Positions 60,449-64,000 of a DNA stretch of 64,000 bases are shown here, piece after piece (within the stretch, counting starts at the first letter, position 1; each line of letters opens with the position of its first letter). The DNA is from Torpedo marmorata (Eukaryota). The notes under the pieces were generated by a model. The model ran no database searches, had not been told where the DNA came from, and worked only from the letters and a program-made list of their open reading frames with translations. The stretch lies in contig OZ360254.1 of the NCBI GenBank assembly GCA_977017645.1, positions 5,580,001 to 5,644,000 of the forward strand, given 5' to 3'. The position numbers were made by a program, and so were the translations under genes.

Positions 60449-62414
60449 CAGTCTTCACTCCATCGAGGACATCTACAAGAGGCGGTGTCTTAAAGACAGC
60501 AGCCTCTAACCTCAATGACCCCCAGCACCCAGGCCATGCCCACTTCATTCTGCTACCATTGGGAAAAAGGTACAGGAGCCTGAAGACGAGCAGTCAGCAG
60601 CACAAGGACAGCTTCTTCCCCCCGCCATCAGATTCTTAAATGAACAATGAACCACAGACACTACCTCACCTTGAGTTTTTCTTTTTCTTCCACTATTTTT
60701 ATTTATTTTGAAATGTGGTTTATATAAATGCTTGCACTGCGATGCTGCCGCAAAACAACTAATTTTGTGGCATGTTCATTACAATAAATTCTTTTTCAAT
60801 CTTTTTATTGGTTTTAACATATGCAAAATATGTTAATAATGATAAAGTAAATTAATATCAAGTCACAAATATCAAATAACAGTGAATAATATACATATGA
60901 ACCCATGCTATAAAATGGAAAAAAGAAAAAGAGAAAAATAAACCTACGGTATATATTACTAATCTAAGAATCAAAACAGAACCTATGAGGGTTGCTGGCC
61001 AAGTTAAGGAGTCAACTACTAATAATAATAGCTATGGGGTCATGAAAAAAACCCAAAGATAATTAATCTACAAGTTTTGAAAGTAATTAAGAAAGTGACC
61101 CCAAAGAGAAAGAAAGTTAAGATCCATTGCAGCAGTAGAACACCTAATTTTTTCTGGAGACAGACATGCCGTCACATCAGACAGCCACTGAGTATGAGTG
61201 GGAGGGACAGCATCTTTCCATCTCAGCAAAATGGCCCTTCTGGCAATTAGGGAAGCAAAAGCCACAACATGGGATTGTGAACCAGTCAGTATTAAATCCA
61301 TTGGCCCACTCACTCCAAAAATAGCAATGAAAGGGCTTTGAGTCAAGTTAATATTAAGAACTAACGATAAGGTGCGAAATACCTCTTGCCAGAAATTAAA
61401 GAGAGAAGGACATAGCCAAAACATATGGTACAAAGTTGTGCATTTGTCACATTTAGAAGAAATGTTAGGATAAAATTTAGCTAACTGAACCTTGGAAAAG
61501 TGTGCCCGATGGACTACTTTAAATTGTATTAATGAATGTCTAGCACAAAGTGAAGATTAGTGAACACGTTTCAAAATAAAATCCCATGTAATTTCGGCAA
61601 ATGGTTGTTGAAAGTCTTGTTCCCATAATTTCTTAATACCACCTAGGGAACTATCCCAAGATCTTAGAAGTAATTCATAAAGGGCAGAAAACAATCCTTT
61701 ATGATTAGGTTTAAAATTATATACTTCCCAAATAAGGTTAAAATCGAAGTACTGGGTAAGCTTCAGCGTTAAAGAATTTAAGAAGCTCCTAATCTGTAAA
61801 TAACGAAAAAAGTGATGTTTAGGTATTTTAAATTTAATATATAATTGTTCAAAAGAAGCTAGATTTTGGTCAATATATAAATCTAGAAAAGATTGGATAC
61901 CCAAACTTAACCATTGAGTATAACCGATATCTTGAACCGAAGGTAAAAAAAAAGAGTTATATAGAATCGGGCTAATCAATAAAAACCTATGGTAACCAAA
62001 ATGTTTTCGAAATTGAAACCAAATTCTCAAAGTATGTCTAACTACCAGATCATCAGTTAACTTGGAAGCCAAAAGAGGCAAGGGTGCTCCAAGCATCGAA
62101 AGGAGAGAATACCTCTAAGTAGACTTACCGTATTTGACGGCATATAGGACCCACTGGCATATTGGACCCCACCCCCATTTTTAGCGTGAGATTTCAGGAA
62201 AAAATTGTTTTCCTGTATTTACCTTCACAGCAACAACACGTCCTCCTGCCTGCCGCACGCTGAGGCTCAGGCTGCTTCCCCCCCCACCATCCAAATGCTA
62301 ATTGATTGACAGGTGTGCAGGGACCTGCAGGCGCGCGAGGGTGGGAGGGAGAGAAGCCAAGACAACGGGCAGGGCCCAGGGCCACCATCGCGGGGAGCAG
62401 ACAATCGATCGCTT

Positions 62415-62654
62415 GCTTTGAGGGGAGTGCTGGGCCTCGGTGATCAGGCTCCACGCTGAGCCTTTGTTTGACGCGCACGGCCCCCCGAACAGATTGAATG
62501 AGGCGTGGGTGGCAGTGAGTGAGTGGCCTGTTGAGCTGAGCTTGACAGGCCGCTCGCTCACTGCCACCCACCCCCGCGCTTCATTCAATTTGCTTGAGGG
62601 TCCGTGCTCGTCGAACAAAGGCTGATCATTGAGGCCCAGCGCTCCCCTCAAAGC
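62415..62654 (+). repeat. 240-bp imperfect foldback
   Basis: GCTTTGAGGGGAGTGCTGGGCCTC..GGCCTGTTGAGCT / AGCTTGACAGGCC..GAGGCCCAGCGCTCCCCTCAAAGC. Confidence 0.9.
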
Positions 62655-62661
62655 ACTATTG

Positions 62662-63358
62662 GTGAGAGCGAGCGGGCGGGGAGAGATCGGGCGAGAGCGA
62701 GCGAGTAGGCGGGGAGAGCGAACGGGCGGGGAGAGAGCGGGCGGGCGAGTGGGCGGGGAGAGCGAATGGGCGGGGAGAGAGCGGACGGGCGAGTGGGCAG
62801 GGAGAGCGAACGGGCGGGGAGAGCGAATGGGTGGGGAGAGAGCAGGTGAGAGCGAGCGAGCGGGCGGGTACAGCGAACGGGCGGGGAGAGCGGGCGAGAG
62901 CAAGCAAGCGGGCTGGCGGAGAGAGAGCGGGCGAGAGCGGGCAGGTGGGGAGAGAGCGGGCGAGAGCGGGCGAGCGGGCGGGTACAGCGAACGGGCGGGG
63001 AGAGCGGTCGAGAGCAAGCAAGCGGGCGGGCGGGGAGAGCGAATGGAAGGGAGAGAGCGGGTGAGAACAGGCGGGCGGGGAGAGCGAATGGGAGGGAGAG
63101 AGTGGGCGGGCGAGTGGGCAGGGAGAGCGAACGGGCGGGGAGAGAGCGGGCAGGTGAGTTGGCGGGGAGAGCGAACGGGCGGGGAGAGAGCGGGTGGGCG
63201 AGCGGGCGGGTACAGCGAACGGGCGGGGAGAGCGGGCGAGAGCAAGCAAGCGGGCGGGCGGGGAGAGCGAATGGGAGGGAGAGAGCGGGTGAGAGCAGGC
63301 GGGCGGGGAGAGCGAATGGGAGGGAGAGAGTGGGCGGGCGGGAAGGAGGGAGAGAGCA
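62662..63358. repeat. G-rich compound minisatellite (GGGCGGGGAGAGCGAAC / GAGCGGGC variants)
   Basis: Tandem degenerate units with higher-order repeats. Confidence 0.92.
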
Positions 63359-63620
63359 AGCCTTCTTACCGGGGGAAGTTAGCGGCGGCGGCGGTGACTC
63401 CTGAAAGTAAGGGCCACCCAAGGGAAGGTGGTCCGCGAAGCTGCGGGCACGCTTCCTGGACTCCACTCAGTGCCCAAAATGGCGGCACCAAAATGTCACC
63501 TTCGCGTATAAGACCCGGGGTGGTTTTTGAGGTGATTTTTTGGGGAAAAAAGGGGGATCTTATATGCCGTCAAATACGGTAATCGCTAGGTCAATGACAA
63601 TAAATTCTGATTCTGATTCT

Positions 63621-64000
63621 ATCTGTTTCTTCTCTGTCAGGCACCCAGCTATCTCCTCCCCGGCTTCCAACAGCATTTTGTGAAAAATCTCATGCAGCCC
63701 TGGTGATTTATCTGTATATATGCCTTTCATGACATCTAACACCTCCTCCTTCATACTGACATATTCCAGTCTCTCAATGAACCCCTCCCTTCTTGGTGAG
63801 TACAGATAGAAGGTCTTCATTTGGGGCCTCGCTCACATGTCCCAGTTCCAAACATAGATGACCCCTCCGACCCACCCTTTCCCTTTCTCCTCTCTTGCTC
63901 CTGACTGATATAGAACGTCTTTGCATTCTCCTTCATCCTACATGCCAACGACAGTTCACGGTTCCTCTTTGATCTCCTAATTTCTTTCTTCTCTCCCATG
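63621..64000 (-). mobile_element. Old CR1 ORF2 fragment
   Basis: DKSPGLHEIFHKMLLEAGEEIAG; KENAKTFY. Confidence 0.75.

Larger units (their letters stand above)
62128..63579. mobile_element. pogo-type non-autonomous TIR element (CCG termini) with GC-rich cargo
   Basis: 22-bp TIR CCGTATTTGACGGCATATA(G/A)GA; TA TSD at 62126-62127 and 63580-63581. Confidence 0.9.
60793..63590 (-). mobile_element. L1/Tx1-clade 3' fragment (second family) with a nested TIR element
   Basis: HTLRIWFQFRKHF..FFRYLQIRSF; YHMFWLCPSLFNFW; TSD-like TCA(T/A)T(G)ACAATAAATTCT on both sides. Confidence 0.85.
55879..63620 (+). mobile_element. Rex1-related 3' fragment (subfamily B) in pieces 55879-55932, 57482-57789, 60449-60792, 63591-63620
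   Basis: Colinear with the Rex1 C-terminus across the inserts; tail GACAATAAATTCTGATTCTGA at 63596. Confidence 0.8.

Noticed and set aside
62510-62710. AAV ITR/Rep-binding-site resemblance (GCTCGCTCACTG, GAGC repeats in a hairpin)
   Set aside because: Only a 12-nt match, no T-shaped B/C arms and no rep/cap remnants; likely chance in GC-rich sequence.
62298-63582. Long Pro/Arg/Gly-rich ORFs on both strands
   Set aside because: A stop-poor GC-rich minisatellite open in many frames.

Overview
This is vertebrate genomic DNA, very likely a cartilaginous fish (HE1/V-SINE-like SINEs, HER1-like CR1, elasmobranch-type Penelope remnants). It consists almost entirely of nested transposable elements: CR1, Rex1/Babar (one apparently intact 1041-aa copy), L1/Tx1 3' fragments, Penelope-like remnants, solo LTRs, hAT, pogo/Tigger and Harbinger MITEs, tRNA- and 5S-derived SINEs, and minisatellites, with two N gaps. 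No intact host protein-coding gene is recognisable. Highlights: (1) a 572-bp pogo-type TIR element carrying three stitched fragments of a LINGO-family LRR gene (Pack-TIR-like capture); (2) a family of palindromic Penelope-derived mini-elements with ~14-bp TSDs and minimal hammerhead-like cores; (3) a 5S-derived SINE with a Rex1-like tail; (4) a 240-bp G-U-biased foldback inside another pogo-type element; (5) an intact Rex1 ORF with an N-terminal YxxxxLL motif. All family and gene assignments come from motif recognition by eye; no database searches were run.
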